A stretch of 64,000 nucleotides of DNA from Chloroflexota bacterium (GCA_029558955.1 JAKQCW010000021.1:895-64894), one strand, 5' to 3'; counted from the first letter of the stretch, positions 1 through 9,712 are shown. The notes: generated by a model from the sequence alone, not told the origin. Numbers and translations: made by a program.

Positions 1-2546
1 TGGCTGTCGCCAAAGCCGTTGCTTGTCACACGGCTCCAACTGCCCGCGTTGCCGGTGGCGCTGCGCCAGATCTCCGCGCCGCGCGTCGATGAATAGCTCC
101 ACGTGCCGGCGTAGATCTGGCCGCCGAAGACGGCAAAGCGCACCACCTCGCCGTTGTCGACGTTGCCAAAGCCGTTGTTGACCACCCGCGTCCAGTCGGT
201 CCCGTTGGCGCTGCGCCAGACCTGGCCCCCCAGGCTGCTGTTGGTGGCCGCGTTCCAGTTCCAGGTGCCGGCGTAGAGCTGGCCATCGAAGACCAGCAGG
301 TGATCGATGCCGCCGTTGTTGGCATCGCCAAAGCCGTTGGTGGTCAGCGCGCGCCACTGGCCGGCCGTGTCAGCCGTGTTGCGCCAGAGCTGCGCGCCGG
401 TGCTGGGATTGTCCATGCCGGCGTAGAGCAGGCCGTTGAAGTTGACCAGGCTGAGCGTCACGGCGTTGCGCGGGTCGCCAAAGCCGTTCAGATTCCATTG
501 GGTCCAGCCCGGCGTCCCCGGCGCATAGCGTTGCACCCGCTGATTGTCCTGGTCAGCTACCACAAGGTTGCCGACCTGGTCAGCCTGCACCGTCATCGGC
601 AGCCGCAGATTGCCGCTCTCCGGCCCCCACAGGCCGCCGATGGTGGTCAGATAGTTGCCCAGCCGGTCGAAAACCTGCACCCGGTAGTTGCGCTGATCGA
701 CCACCGCCACGCGGCCAGCCGAATCGACCGCCACCGAGACGGGATGGAGATGGTTGAACGAGCTGCTGAAGACGCCCGTCTCGCCGGCGAAGGTGGTGCA
801 GGTATAGTCGCCGCCGGCCAGCACGCATTTCTGGACGCGGTAGTTGTTGGTGTCGGCCACGTACAGCGCGCCGGCCGCGTCGAAGGCCGCGCCGCCAGGG
901 GCGTTGAAGTGCCGGTTGCCGGAGCCGGCCACGCCGGCAACGCCCACGGTCTGTTGGTAATTCCAGGCGCTGTCGAAGATCTGCACCCGCTGGTTGCAAC
1001 TGTCCACCACCGCGATGTTCCCATTCAACGGGCTGATGGCCACGCCGCTGGGGCAGTTGAACTGGTTGTTGCCCACCCCCTGGCTGCCGAAGCTGCGGCT
1101 GAAGCTGCCGTTGGCGTTGAAAACCTGGACGCGATGGTTGCCGGTGTCGGGCGCATAGACCCGGCCGGCTGCGTCGGTGGCCAGGCTGCCCTGCGCACCC
1201 AGGTGCAGCGCGCCCAGGTGGGCGTTGTCGCTGCCCGGCACGCCAGCCTGGCCCACAGTCCACAGCGGCTGGCCGGTTGCATCCTGTTTGAGCAGCCGGT
1301 AGCCCCAGTTCTCCAGCACATAGAGGCTGCCATCGCTGTCCACGCCGACGCCGGCCGGCGTGTTGAAGAGGCTGCTCGTGGTCAGGTAGGGAACCCCCGA
1401 AACGCCAGCCAGCGGGCCTATCGCGACGCCGGCCGCGCTGTAGCGTTGCACAATGTTGGCGTTCCAGTCTGCCACGGTGACCACGCCGTCGGCCGTGACA
1501 GCCACATCGGTGGGATTGGCCAGGCCGCTGGCGAAGACCGCGCAACTGCCGGCCGCGTTGCACTTCTTGACCCGGCCATTGCCGCTGTCGGCGATCCAGA
1601 CATTGCCCGCGCCGTCCACGGCGACCCCTTCCGGGCTGGCCAGTTGGTTGGGACCGCTGCCGGGGCTGCCGGTGCCATGAAAGGTGGTGCAGGACCAGGT
1701 GCCGGCCAGCGTGCAGCGCTGCACCCGCGCGTTGTCGCGGTCGGCCACGTAGAGTCGGTTGGAGCCATCCAGCGCGAGGTGGGCCGGAAAGCTGAAGTGG
1801 CTGTTGTCGCCGCCGGCAACGCCGGTCTCGCCGATGGTCGAATGGTAGACCGGCGTATCGCCGGAGAAGGTGTAGACCTGAACGCGCTGGTTGCCGCTGT
1901 CCGAGACGTAAAGCTTGCCCGCGCTGTCCAGCGCCACCCCGCGCGGGAAGCGGAAGCGGGTGTTGCTGGCGCCGGGGGTCCACGGGCTGCTGGCTGGCAG
2001 CGTCTGGATCAACACACCCTGTCGGGTCAGTTGCTTGACGCCGTGCTGAAAGGCCACCCACAGCGCGCCGTTGCTGTCCACCGCCACATCCTGGGGATAG
2101 GCCAGGAAATCGGCGTGGTACCAGGGCTGGCCCGGCTTGCCGATGCTGAGCTGGCTTTGGCCGGCGGCATCGTATTTGATGACGCGAAAGCCCCGCTCCT
2201 CGACCACATAGATGTAGCCCAGGCTGTCCACGGCCAGCCCGCTGGGGCGGTTCAGGTGCAGGGTGTCGATCTGATAGGGCAGCTCGGTTTGGCCGGCGGC
2301 GGCGACGAAGCGATAGCTGAGCCCCGGCTGGCCCAAGCTGGCAGCCAAGGAGCCGGCCGCGGCCTCGGCCTCGGGCGCGGCCGCGGCCTGGCGGCGCAGC
2401 GCGTTCAGCTCATCGGCCGGGCTGGGTGGAAGGGATTCCGACCGTTGGCCGGCGTCGGGAAGGGGAGACTGCGCCGCGGCCCTGCCCTGCGGCAGCAGGG
2501 GCAGCAAGATCGTCAACAGCAACAACACGCGCAGGGTGGTTTTCAT
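1..2546 (-). CDS. Secreted NHL/beta-propeller repeat protein with C-terminal NGFGD-type repeats (partial; continues past window start)
   Basis: Reverse-strand frame read by hand. Start ATG at complement 2544-2546 followed by signal-peptide-like MKTTLRVLLLLTILLPLLPQGRAAAQS. Repeated YVxD/NxRVQ NHL-like blades, then repeated 'NGFGDxxNG..L.VF.GQLYAGTWN' units. No stop before position 1, so it is absent from the ORF track. Confidence 0.75.
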   Translation of the reverse strand, partial: MKTTLRVLLLLTILLPLLPQGRAAAQSPLPDAGQRSESLPPSPADELNALRRQAAAAPEAEAAAGSLAASLGQPGLSYRFVAAAGQTELPYQIDTLHLNRPSGLAVDSLGYIYVVEERGFRVIKYDAAGQSQLSIGKPGQPWYHADFLAYPQDVAVDSNGALWVAFQHGVKQLTRQGVLIQTLPASSPWTPGASNTRFRFPRGVALDSAGKLYVSDSGNQRVQVYTFSGDTPVYHSTIGETGVAGGDNSHFSFPAHLALDGSNRLYVADRDNARVQRCTLAGTWSCTTFHGTGSPGSGPNQLASPEGVAVDGAGNVWIADSGNGRVKKCNAAGSCAVFASGLANPTDVAVTADGVVTVADWNANIVQRYSAAGVAIGPLAGVSGVPYLTTSSLFNTPAGVGVDSDGSLYVLENWGYRLLKQDATGQPLWTVGQAGVPGSDNAHLGALHLGAQGSLATDAAGRVYAPDTGNHRVQVFNANGSFSRSFGSQGVGNNQFNCPSGVAISPLNGNIAVVDSCNQRVQIFDSAWNYQQTVGVAGVAGSGNRHFNAPGGAAFDAAGALYVADTNNYRVQKCVLAGGDYTCTTFAGETGVFSSSFNHLHPVSVAVDSAGRVAVVDQRNYRVQVFDRLGNYLTTIGGLWGPESGNLRLPMTVQADQVGNLVVADQDNQRVQRYAPGTPGWTQWNLNGFGDPRNAVTLSLVNFNGLLYAGMDNPSTGAQLWRNTADTAGQWRALTTNGFGDANNGGIDHLLVFDGQLYAGTWNWNAATNSSLGGQVWRSANGTDWTRVVNNGFGNVDNGEVVRFAVFGGQIYAGTWSYSSTRGAEIWRSATGNAGSWSRVTSNGFGDS

Positions 2547-2886
2547 TTCGTGGGACTCCTGATGGGGCAAAGAGGCTGGCGCTGCCGTCAGCGGAGCGCC
2601 GGCGGTCCGGCGCGGCCGCTGTCCGCTGTCCAGATTCCTGCCCGAAATCGACTTGGCGCTCTGGCCGGTCTCCGACCGAGCCTCTCCTGACGCTCTGGCC
2701 GGTCTCCGACCGAGCCAGTCCACGGGCAATGGCTGATCATCCAGACGGCGCCAGCAACCCCCGCGGTTCCTTGATGATTCCCGCGGGTAGGGCTATAATG
2801 CCACCGCTCAAGCCATTCGTCAACACGCGGCCTGCGCACACGCTCCCCAAGAGTCACACCTCCCCACCCTCGCCTGGAGAATCGTC

Positions 2887-3792
2887 ATGCTCAAAAAACT
2901 GCTCAGCGTTATCCTCGTCGTGCTTGCCCTGACGGCGGCCGTGGCCATCGTTCTGGTGTTGCTGGCCAAGCCGGCCGACGACTGCCCCGTCTGCCTGCGC
3001 GATCTGCCGCGGCCGCTGGTGATCGCCCATCAGGGCGGCGAGGAGCTGTGGCCCAGCAACACCATGTTCGCCTACCAGAGGGCTGTCGATCTGGGCGTGG
3101 ACATGCTGGAGATGGATCTGCACGTCACCGCCGATGGCGCGCTGGTGCTGATGCACGATGAGACGGTGGACCGCACCACCAACGGCACAGGCCGGTTGGA
3201 GGAGATGACCCTGGCCGAGGTCAAGGCGCTGGACGCGGGCTACTACTGGACGGCCGACGATGGCCAGAGCTACCCCTTCCGCGGCCAGGGCATCACCGTG
3301 GCCACGCTGGAGGAGGTGTTCCAGAGCTTCCCGGAGATGCCGATGACTATTGAGATCAAACTGGTGGAAAATGTGCCGGTGGTAGAGCCCTTCTGCCAGA
3401 TGATCCGCCAGTACGGCATGCAGGAGAAGGTGTTGACGGCCTCCTTCCACCAGGACGCGCTGGACCAGTTCCGCGCGGCCTGCCCGGAGGTCTCCACCTC
3501 AGCCACCCAGAACGAGGTGATCAACTTCTTCGTGCGCCATGCGTTGGGCCTGGCGGCCAGCTTCAGCCCGGCGGCCGAGGCCGTACAGGTGCCAGAAACC
3601 CGCAGCGGCATTCACATCCTGACGCCCGGCTTCGTCGAGGATGCCCACAGCCGCGGCATGGATGTGCACGTCTGGACCGTCAACGAGGCCGAGGACATGC
3701 AGCGCATGATCGACCTGGGCGTCGACGGCATCATCACCGACCGGCCGGACATCTTGCTGGAACTGCTGGGGCGCTCCGGCGCTCAGCCATGA
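2887..3792 (+). CDS. Glycerophosphodiester phosphodiesterase (GDPD family), N-terminal membrane anchor
   Basis: PLVIAHQGGEELWPSNTMFAYQRAVDLGVDMLEMDLHVTADGALVLMHDETVDRTTNGTG are typical GDPD catalytic motifs. N-terminal hydrophobic segment. Confidence 0.85.
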   Translation: MLKKLLSVILVVLALTAAVAIVLVLLAKPADDCPVCLRDLPRPLVIAHQGGEELWPSNTMFAYQRAVDLGVDMLEMDLHVTADGALVLMHDETVDRTTNGTGRLEEMTLAEVKALDAGYYWTADDGQSYPFRGQGITVATLEEVFQSFPEMPMTIEIKLVENVPVVEPFCQMIRQYGMQEKVLTASFHQDALDQFRAACPEVSTSATQNEVINFFVRHALGLAASFSPAAEAVQVPETRSGIHILTPGFVEDAHSRGMDVHVWTVNEAEDMQRMIDLGVDGIITDRPDILLELLGRSGAQP

Positions 3793-3824
3793 CCTGTGGG
3801 GGTATTCAGAAGCGCTTGACCGCA

Positions 3825-3854
3825 GACCCTTCGGGTTTCCGAACCCGAAGGGTC
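3825..3854 (+). terminator. Perfect 13-bp stem hairpin gacccttcgggtt-tccg-aacccgaagggtc followed by a T-rich tract, downstream of the GDPD gene
   Basis: Palindrome seen directly in sequence, followed by ttgtcttgggtctt. Confidence 0.55.
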
Positions 3855-4088
3855 TTGTCTTGGGTCTTACACTCTTCTAACATTTCTCCAACATTTCACT
3901 GATGTAATTCTAACACAGGGGTGGTATATTGGGAGGGACAGATCAAAAACAAAAGATTGCTGCTCAGCCATCGACGTCGGGCGCTTGATTGATCATGGGC
4001 GGCGGCCATTGCATGGTCACGCCAAAAACAAAACCGGACGAAAGCGCCCGACGCCTGAGTAGCAACAGCAAAGAAATGGAGCACTGAG

Positions 4089-5987
4089 ATGAGTAAGATC
4101 GTTGGAATCGACCTGGGTACGACGAATTCTGTGGTGGCTGTGATCGAGGGCGGCGACGCGGTGGTGATCCCCAACGCCGAGGGCGGCCGCACCACGCCGT
4201 CGGTGGTGGCTTTCACCAAGAACGGCGAGCGGCTGGTGGGCCAGACGGCCCGGCGCCAGGCTGTGGTCAACCCTGAGAACACCGTGGCCAGCATCAAGCG
4301 TTTCATGGGCCGGCGCTTCGACGAGACCAAGGGCGAGCATGTCTCCTTCCAGTTGGTGGAAGGCCCCGCGGGCGACGCGCGCGTGCGCATCCCGCTGAAA
4401 AACAAAACCTATTCCCCCCAGGAGATCAGCGCCATGATCCTGGGCAAGCTCAAGGCTGACGCCGAGGCCTATCTGGGCGAGCCGGTGACGCAGGCGGTGA
4501 TCACCGTGCCGGCCTACTTCAACGACAGCCAGCGCCAGGCCACCAAGGACGCCGGCAAGATCGCCGGGCTGGAGGTGCTGCGGATCATCAACGAGCCGAC
4601 CGCGGCCGCGCTGGCCTATGGCCTGGACAAAAAAGAAAACGAGACGATCCTGGTCTTCGACCTGGGCGGCGGCACCTTCGACGTGTCGATCCTGGAGGTG
4701 GGCGACGGCGTGGTGGAGGTCAAGGCCACGGCTGGCGACACCCATCTGGGCGGCGACGACTACGACCAGACGCTGGTGGACTATGTCGCCGACGAGTTCA
4801 AGCGCCAGGAAGGGATCGACCTGCGCAGCGACCGCCAGGCCTTGCAGCGCCTGAAGGAGGCGGCCGAAAAGGCGAAGATCGAGCTCTCCAGCACGTTGGA
4901 GACTGAGGTCAACCTGCCCTTTGTCACGGCTGACGCCAGCGGCCCCAAGCATTTGCAGATGCCGCTGAGCCGCAGCAAGTTCGAGCAACTGAGCGCGGGC
5001 CTGACCGCCCGGCTGCGCGGCCCCTTCGAGGCGGCCCTGCGCGATGCCAAGCTGACGGCCAAGGAGATCGACGAGGTGGTGCTGGTGGGCGGCGCAACCC
5101 GCATGCCCATGGTGCAGGAGTTGGTGCGCAGCCTGGCCGGCGGCAAGGAGCCGCACAAGGGCGTCAACCCTGACGAGGTGGTGGCGGTGGGCGCGGCCTT
5201 GCAGGGCGGCGTGCTGGGCGGCGACGTCAAGGACGTGCTGCTGCTGGATGTGACGCCGCTGACCCTGGGCATCGAGACCCTGGGCGGCGTGGCGACCCCC
5301 ATCATCGAGCGCAACACCACCATCCCGGCCCGGCGCAGCCAGATCTTCAGCACCGCGGACGACAATCAGACGGCCGTGACGGTGCACGTGCTGCAAGGGG
5401 AACGGCCCATGGCGGCCGACAACGTCAGCCTGGGCCAGTTCAACCTGGAGGGCATCCCGCCGGCCCCGCGCGGCCTGCCGCAGATCGAGGTGGTCTTCGA
5501 TATCGACGCCAACGGCATCCTGCACGTCAGCGCGCAGGACAAGGCCACCGGCAAGCAGCAGAGCGTGACCATCACCGCCTCGACCAACCTGAACAAGGGC
5601 GAGGTGGAGCGCATGGTGCGCGAGGCTGAGATCAACAAGACGGCCGACGAGCGGCGCAAGAAGCTGATCGAGGCCCGCAACGAGGGCGACGCGCTGGCCT
5701 ACAGCGTGGAGCGCAGCCTGCATGACCTGGGCGATAAGGTCGGCGCGGGCGACCGCCAGGCCATCGAGCGGCTGGTGGGCGAGCTGCGCAGCGCGGTCAA
5801 GGGCGAGGACGCCAACGCCATCCGCCAGGCCATGGAGCAGGTGCAGCAGGCCAGCTATCGCATGAGCGAGCAGGCCTACGGCGGCCAGCCTGGCAGCAAC
5901 GGGGCCAACGGCCATCACGGGACCAACGGCCATTACGGCGCAGAAAGCCCGGAGGACGTGGTCGAGGGCGAGTTCCGCACCGTCTAA
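4089..5987 (+). CDS. dnaK: Molecular chaperone DnaK (Hsp70)
   Basis: [43 protein letters not shown] and a C-terminal EEVD-less acidic tail. Full-length 632 aa. GGAG RBS upstream. Confidence 0.97.
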   Translation: MSKIVGIDLGTTNSVVAVIEGGDAVVIPNAEGGRTTPSVVAFTKNGERLVGQTARRQAVVNPENTVASIKRFMGRRFDETKGEHVSFQLVEGPAGDARVRIPLKNKTYSPQEISAMILGKLKADAEAYLGEPVTQAVITVPAYFNDSQRQATKDAGKIAGLEVLRIINEPTAAALAYGLDKKENETILVFDLGGGTFDVSILEVGDGVVEVKATAGDTHLGGDDYDQTLVDYVADEFKRQEGIDLRSDRQALQRLKEAAEKAKIELSSTLETEVNLPFVTADASGPKHLQMPLSRSKFEQLSAGLTARLRGPFEAALRDAKLTAKEIDEVVLVGGATRMPMVQELVRSLAGGKEPHKGVNPDEVVAVGAALQGGVLGGDVKDVLLLDVTPLTLGIETLGGVATPIIERNTTIPARRSQIFSTADDNQTAVTVHVLQGERPMAADNVSLGQFNLEGIPPAPRGLPQIEVVFDIDANGILHVSAQDKATGKQQSVTITASTNLNKGEVERMVREAEINKTADERRKKLIEARNEGDALAYSVERSLHDLGDKVGAGDRQAIERLVGELRSAVKGEDANAIRQAMEQVQQASYRMSEQAYGGQPGSNGANGHHGTNGHYGAESPEDVVEGEFRTV

Positions 5988-6090
5988 GAGGTCCGTGGAT
6001 CACTGGGCCAGCACGGGATTTCGATACGGCGGCCTACTCAATCCACGTGCTGGCCCCAGCGGCGAGGCGCCAGCTTGCTTGGCAGTCCCA

Positions 6091-6121
6091 GAAGTTCGAC
6101 TTCTCCGAGAAGTCGAACTTC
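6091..6121 (+). terminator. 15-bp perfect-stem hairpin gaagttcgacttctc-c-gagaagtcgaacttc downstream of dnaK
   Basis: Perfect inverted repeat seen in sequence about 100 bp after the dnaK stop. Confidence 0.5.
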
Positions 6122-6340
6122 TTCACTCTCGACGCATCTTGAAGACACCCCGGTCATTGTGCCGGTTTTCGGAAGGATGCATACTGAACAGATGGCGTGG
6201 TTCAGCTATAGTGACACCGTAGAGAGATGAGATGAATGACGAGTCTCTGCGGATAGAACGACTGATTGTGGGTGTGTGGCGAGAAAGGCCGTCCTGCGGG
6301 ACGGCCTTTCCGCGTCCATCGCATGGAAGGTGGTGCAGCA

Positions 6341-6823
6341 ATGGCCAGAGAATATCCTGAATATCCCATGGTCGGCGTGGCCGCGATCGTGGTGCGCGGC
6401 GACCAGGTGCTGCTGGTGCAGCGCGGCCGGGAGCCGGCCAAGGGCCTGTGGGGCGTGCCCGGCGGCGTCCTGGATCTGGGCGAGCGCGTGGTCGATGGCG
6501 TCCGGAGGGAGGTGCGCGAGGAATGTGGGATCGAGATCGAGGTTGACGGGCTGCTGGGCGTGTTCGAGCCCATGCAGCGCGACGACGCCGGTCGGCTGCG
6601 CTATCACTACGTGGTGCTGGACTACCTGGCGCGCTACGTTAGCGGGGAGCTGCGGGCCGCGGACGATGCGGACGACGCCCGCTGGGTGACGCTGGACGCG
6701 CTGGAGGGTTTGCCGATGCCGGTCGAAACCAGGGCGATGATCTTGAAGGGGGTTGCACAGGCGACCGGCAATCGGGCCTCCGTGCTGGCCGACCCGGCTG
6801 AAGCCTCGACCCCGCCCGGCTAA
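6341..6823 (+). CDS. NUDIX hydrolase
   Basis: Nudix box GGVLDLGERVVDGVRREVREECGIEIE (GX5EX7REUXEEXGU). The start is ambiguous (6266, 6341 or 6371). The stop lies inside the 22-bp tandem repeat array. Confidence 0.8.
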   Translation: MAREYPEYPMVGVAAIVVRGDQVLLVQRGREPAKGLWGVPGGVLDLGERVVDGVRREVREECGIEIEVDGLLGVFEPMQRDDAGRLRYHYVVLDYLARYVSGELRAADDADDARWVTLDALEGLPMPVETRAMILKGVAQATGNRASVLADPAEASTPPG

Positions 6824-7085
6824 AGCCTCGACTCCGTCCGGCTGAAGCCTCGACCCCGCCCGGCTAAAGCCTCGACTCCGTCCGGCTGAAGCCTCGACTC
6901 CGCCCGGCTAAAGCCTCGACTCCGCCCGGCTGAAGCCTCGACTCCGTCCGGCTAAAGCCTCGACTCCGTGCGGCTAAAGCGTCGACTCCGCCCGGCTGAA
7001 GCCTCGACTCCGTCCGGCTAAAGCCTCGACTCCGTCCGGCTGAAGCCTCGACTCCGTCCGGCTAAAGCGTCGACTCCGTGCGGCT
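6795..7085. repeat. Tandem array of about 13 units of a 22-bp repeat ccggctRaagcctcgactccgY
   Basis: Direct reading shows alternating ccggctaaagcctcgactccgt and ccggctgaagcctcgactccgc units with no spacers. The array overlaps the 3' ends of the convergent nudix and glycosyltransferase genes. Confidence 0.9.
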
Positions 7086-8255
7086 GGGTTGAAGGGCCAG
7101 CAACAGCGCCTCGATTCGAGCCACCCGCTCTTCCCAGGTGTTGGCCTGCGCCACCGCTTGGCGCGCCGCGGCCTGTGCTGCGTCGCCCCGTTGGGCCAGC
7201 GCCTCCTCGATTTGTTGCACCCATGCGCCGACCGTGGCCTCGGCCAGGCGCACTTGGCCGGCGTGCTCCTCGGCCGCCGGCACGCGGGCGCTGACCACCG
7301 GCTTGCCCGCGGCCAGATATTCGTACAGTTTGAGGGAGCTGATGGCCCGCGTTTCGTCGTTGACGCGGTAGGGAATCAGGCATACGTCGCAGTTGGCAAT
7401 GAAGCCGGGCACCTCGGCCACCGGCAACAGCCCCAGAAACCGGACATTGGGCAGCGCCTGGAGCTGGCGCAGCTCGGCCGCACAGCCGGCGTCCCATTGA
7501 CTGCCCGCGAAGGCCAGTTGCCAGTCTGGCCGCGCCAGCGCGAGCTGGGTCAGCAACGCCAGGTCCAGCCGGTTGCTGACGTGGCCGCTGTAGCCCAAAA
7601 GGGGTGGAGCGCCGGGGCGGCGGGGGGCAGCGGCGGCCGCGGCCTGCTGAAAGGCTGCCAGATCGACGCCGTTGGGAACCAGCTCGATGCGCCGGGCATC
7701 AGGCGCCTTGATCTCCAACAGCCGCGGCGCGGTGACGATGGTCAGATCGGCGGCGGCCAGCAGCGCGCGCTCGGCGTGCAGCAGCGCGGCGCGCTGGGCC
7801 TCGCTCAGATGGCTGAACGCGGCGTAGTCGTCGGTGATGTGGTAGACCAGGAGGCTGTGGCGGAAGCTGTCCGCAGCCCAGCGCCATCCGGTTGGTCGAT
7901 AGAGCCAAAGCACGGGGTCATGGCCAACGGCGCTCTGCCCCAGACCGAGACGCCGCAACTGCCAACGCAGATGAGCAGCCAGCAGGCGATCGCTGGCGCG
8001 GTCGAAGAGGTCGCCGGTGGCCCGGGTTGGCAGGGTGGCCGGGATGCGATAGAGCCACAGATTGGCGCGCTCCTGCACCACAGCCGGCCGGCGCACCTGT
8101 TCCCAATGCACGCGGCCCCGTCGCCAGTCGGCCAGGCTGACCCGCGCTGGCTCCACGTAGCACACGCGGTGACGCGCAGCCAGCCGGCTGAAGATCTGCT
8201 GACGGTTGCGCCACAGGTCGTGCCAGGGGTTGGGGGCGAAGACGAGGAAGTCCAT
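7062..8255 (-). CDS. Glycosyltransferase family 1 (GT4-type)
   Basis: The C-terminal half has the GT1 motif region (NVRFLGLLPVAEVPGFIANCDVCLIPYRVNDETRAISSLKLYEYLAAGKPVV). Start taken at MDFLVF (ATG at complement 8253-8255). Confidence 0.8.
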   Translation of the reverse strand: MDFLVFAPNPWHDLWRNRQQIFSRLAARHRVCYVEPARVSLADWRRGRVHWEQVRRPAVVQERANLWLYRIPATLPTRATGDLFDRASDRLLAAHLRWQLRRLGLGQSAVGHDPVLWLYRPTGWRWAADSFRHSLLVYHITDDYAAFSHLSEAQRAALLHAERALLAAADLTIVTAPRLLEIKAPDARRIELVPNGVDLAAFQQAAAAAAPRRPGAPPLLGYSGHVSNRLDLALLTQLALARPDWQLAFAGSQWDAGCAAELRQLQALPNVRFLGLLPVAEVPGFIANCDVCLIPYRVNDETRAISSLKLYEYLAAGKPVVSARVPAAEEHAGQVRLAEATVGAWVQQIEEALAQRGDAAQAAARQAVAQANTWEERVARIEALLLALQPSRTESTL

Positions 8256-8302
8256 GGCTGGGGAGATTGGGGGAGGGGCGATGGGGAGGGGCCGGTGACC
8301 GT

Positions 8303-9712
8303 TCACCGGTGACCGTTCATCGCCTGTCGGTAGAGCGCGGCCATCTGTTGACCGATGCCGGGCCAGTCGAACTGGCGGGCCCAGGCGAGGATCGCCGCCC
8401 GGCGGGACTGCCAGTCGATCTGGCCGGCCTGGCGCAGCGCTTCGGAGAGGGCGCGGGGATCGGCTGGATCGTAGAGCAGACCGAGGAAGGGGGCCGAGGC
8501 CACCGGTTCGACGAAGGCGGGCAGGGCCGGGGCGATCACCGGCTTGCCGAAGCTCCAGGCCAGCATGGCCGCGCCGCTGGTGGTGATCTGGCGGTAGGGC
8601 AACACCACCACGTCGGCCGCGTTCATCCAGTGCTGCACCTGGTCGTTGGGCACGAATCGAGGGTGCCAGAGCACGCGGTCATCGCCGGCGGCCTGTGCGG
8701 CCAGGCGGGCGGCGTAGTCGGCTGGCCGCGGCCGGCCGGCCACCAACAGCCGCGCGTCCGGGTCGGGCAGGCTGTGAAAGGCGGGCAACAGCTCTTCCAA
8801 ACCTTTGTAGGGGCGGATCAAACCGAGGAAGAGGAAGACGGTCGATGGCGACTGGGGGCCGGGCAGGTGAAGCGTGCGGCGGGCGTCGGCGCGGGAGACG
8901 GTGTTGGGATAGGCGTCGATGTAGTGGCCGTGGGGGATGACCGCGATCAAGGGGGCTGGCTCGGTCGGAGACCGGCCAGAGCTGTTGGAGTTGTTGGTCG
9001 TGGCCAGGGGGGCTGGCTCGGTCGGAGACCGGCCAGAGCTGTTCAGATCAGCCTGCTGTGGCCGGTCTCCGACCGAGCCGCCACTCAAATCATGCTGCTG
9101 TGGCCGGTCTCCGACCGAGCCGCCACTCAAATCATGCTGCTGTGGCCGGTCTCCGACCGAGCCGCCACTCAAATCATGCTGCTGTGGCCGGTCTCCGACC
9201 GAGCCACGCTCCCACAGCCGCTGCACCTCCGCGGCCATGTAGCCCGCATGCACGTGCAGCCCGTCGGCCCTGGCCAACAGCCGCTGCAACGCCGCCCCCT
9301 CGACCTCGCCGCCCTCCCCCTCGTGCTGCGCCAGGTTGTGCACGGTGTAGACCAGCCGGCCGCCGCCAGCCTGGTAGGCTGCCAGGGCGGCGAAAAAGCG
9401 TTCCAGAAAGCGGCGGCGGCGGCGGGCAAAGGCCGGCGCGCTGTTCAGGGCCGGCTCCAGCCAGCGCCGCATTCCCCGCCCGGGCAGCCCCCAGCGTCCC
9501 AGCCCGGCCAGACTGCTGTACTCTGGCCGTCCCCACAGCTCCAGCCAGTGCAGATGGAGCAGATCCGCCTGCCAGGCGGCCGCGGGCAGGCCATCCTCGC
9601 CCGGCTCCTGCACCAGGGTCACGGCGACGCCGGCGCTGGCCAGCCCGCCGCAGAGCAAATCGATGTAGGGGTTCGCCTCGCGCGCTGCGGCCGAGAGCAG
9701 GGCGACGTTCAT
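8303..9712 (-). CDS. Glycosyltransferase family 1 carrying an in-frame repeat-element insertion in the interdomain region
   Basis: The C-terminal part has GT1 motifs (GLIRPYKGLEELL, VVVLPYRQITTSGAAMLAWSFGKPVIA). The central part encodes 4x GSVGDRPQQHDLSG plus 2x SSGRSPTEPAPL, which derive from the dispersed element ggccggtctccgaccgagcc. The ORF stays intact. The ATG overlaps the lon-like stop by 4 bp. Confidence 0.75.
   Translation of the reverse strand: MNVALLSAAAREANPYIDLLCGGLASAGVAVTLVQEPGEDGLPAAAWQADLLHLHWLELWGRPEYSSLAGLGRWGLPGRGMRRWLEPALNSAPAFARRRRRFLERFFAALAAYQAGGGRLVYTVHNLAQHEGEGGEVEGAALQRLLARADGLHVHAGYMAAEVQRLWERGSVGDRPQQHDLSGGSVGDRPQQHDLSGGSVGDRPQQHDLSGGSVGDRPQQADLNSSGRSPTEPAPLATTNNSNSSGRSPTEPAPLIAVIPHGHYIDAYPNTVSRADARRTLHLPGPQSPSTVFLFLGLIRPYKGLEELLPAFHSLPDPDARLLVAGRPRPADYAARLAAQAAGDDRVLWHPRFVPNDQVQHWMNAADVVVLPYRQITTSGAAMLAWSFGKPVIAPALPAFVEPVASAPFLGLLYDPADPRALSEALRQAGQIDWQSRRAAILAWARQFDWPGIGQQMAALYRQAMNGHR
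8935..9215. repeat. Composite repeat inside the GT CDS: two inverted copies (ggctggctcggtcggagaccggccagagctgtt) then four direct 42-bp copies (tggccggtctccgaccgagccgccactcaaatcatgctgctg)
   Basis: Read directly. The same 20-bp core occurs intergenically at about 2640-2720 and 49575-49650. Confidence 0.85.

Noticed and set aside
300-2690. 796-aa ORF on + strand (and 580-2061 minus, 493 aa)
   Set aside because: It is antisense or out of frame relative to the well-supported NHL-repeat gene (signal peptide plus coherent repeats). The translations are Arg/Ala/Gly-rich with no motifs, which is typical of high-GC shadow ORFs.
3860-4088. CIRCE/HrcA operator upstream of dnaK
   Set aside because: I searched visually for TTAGCACTC-N9-GAGTGCTAA and related half-sites and found no convincing match.
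4017-5933. 638-aa ORF antisense to dnaK
   Set aside because: dnaK is unambiguous on the + strand. The antisense ORF is a GC artefact.
6795-7085. Possible CRISPR array
   Set aside because: Units are contiguous 22-mers without spacers, and the same core occurs as inverted pairs elsewhere. No cas genes are nearby.
8937-9242. 101-aa ORF encoding CCGRSPTEPPLKS repeats
   Set aside because: It is generated by the repeat element on the opposite strand of the GT gene and is not independent coding.
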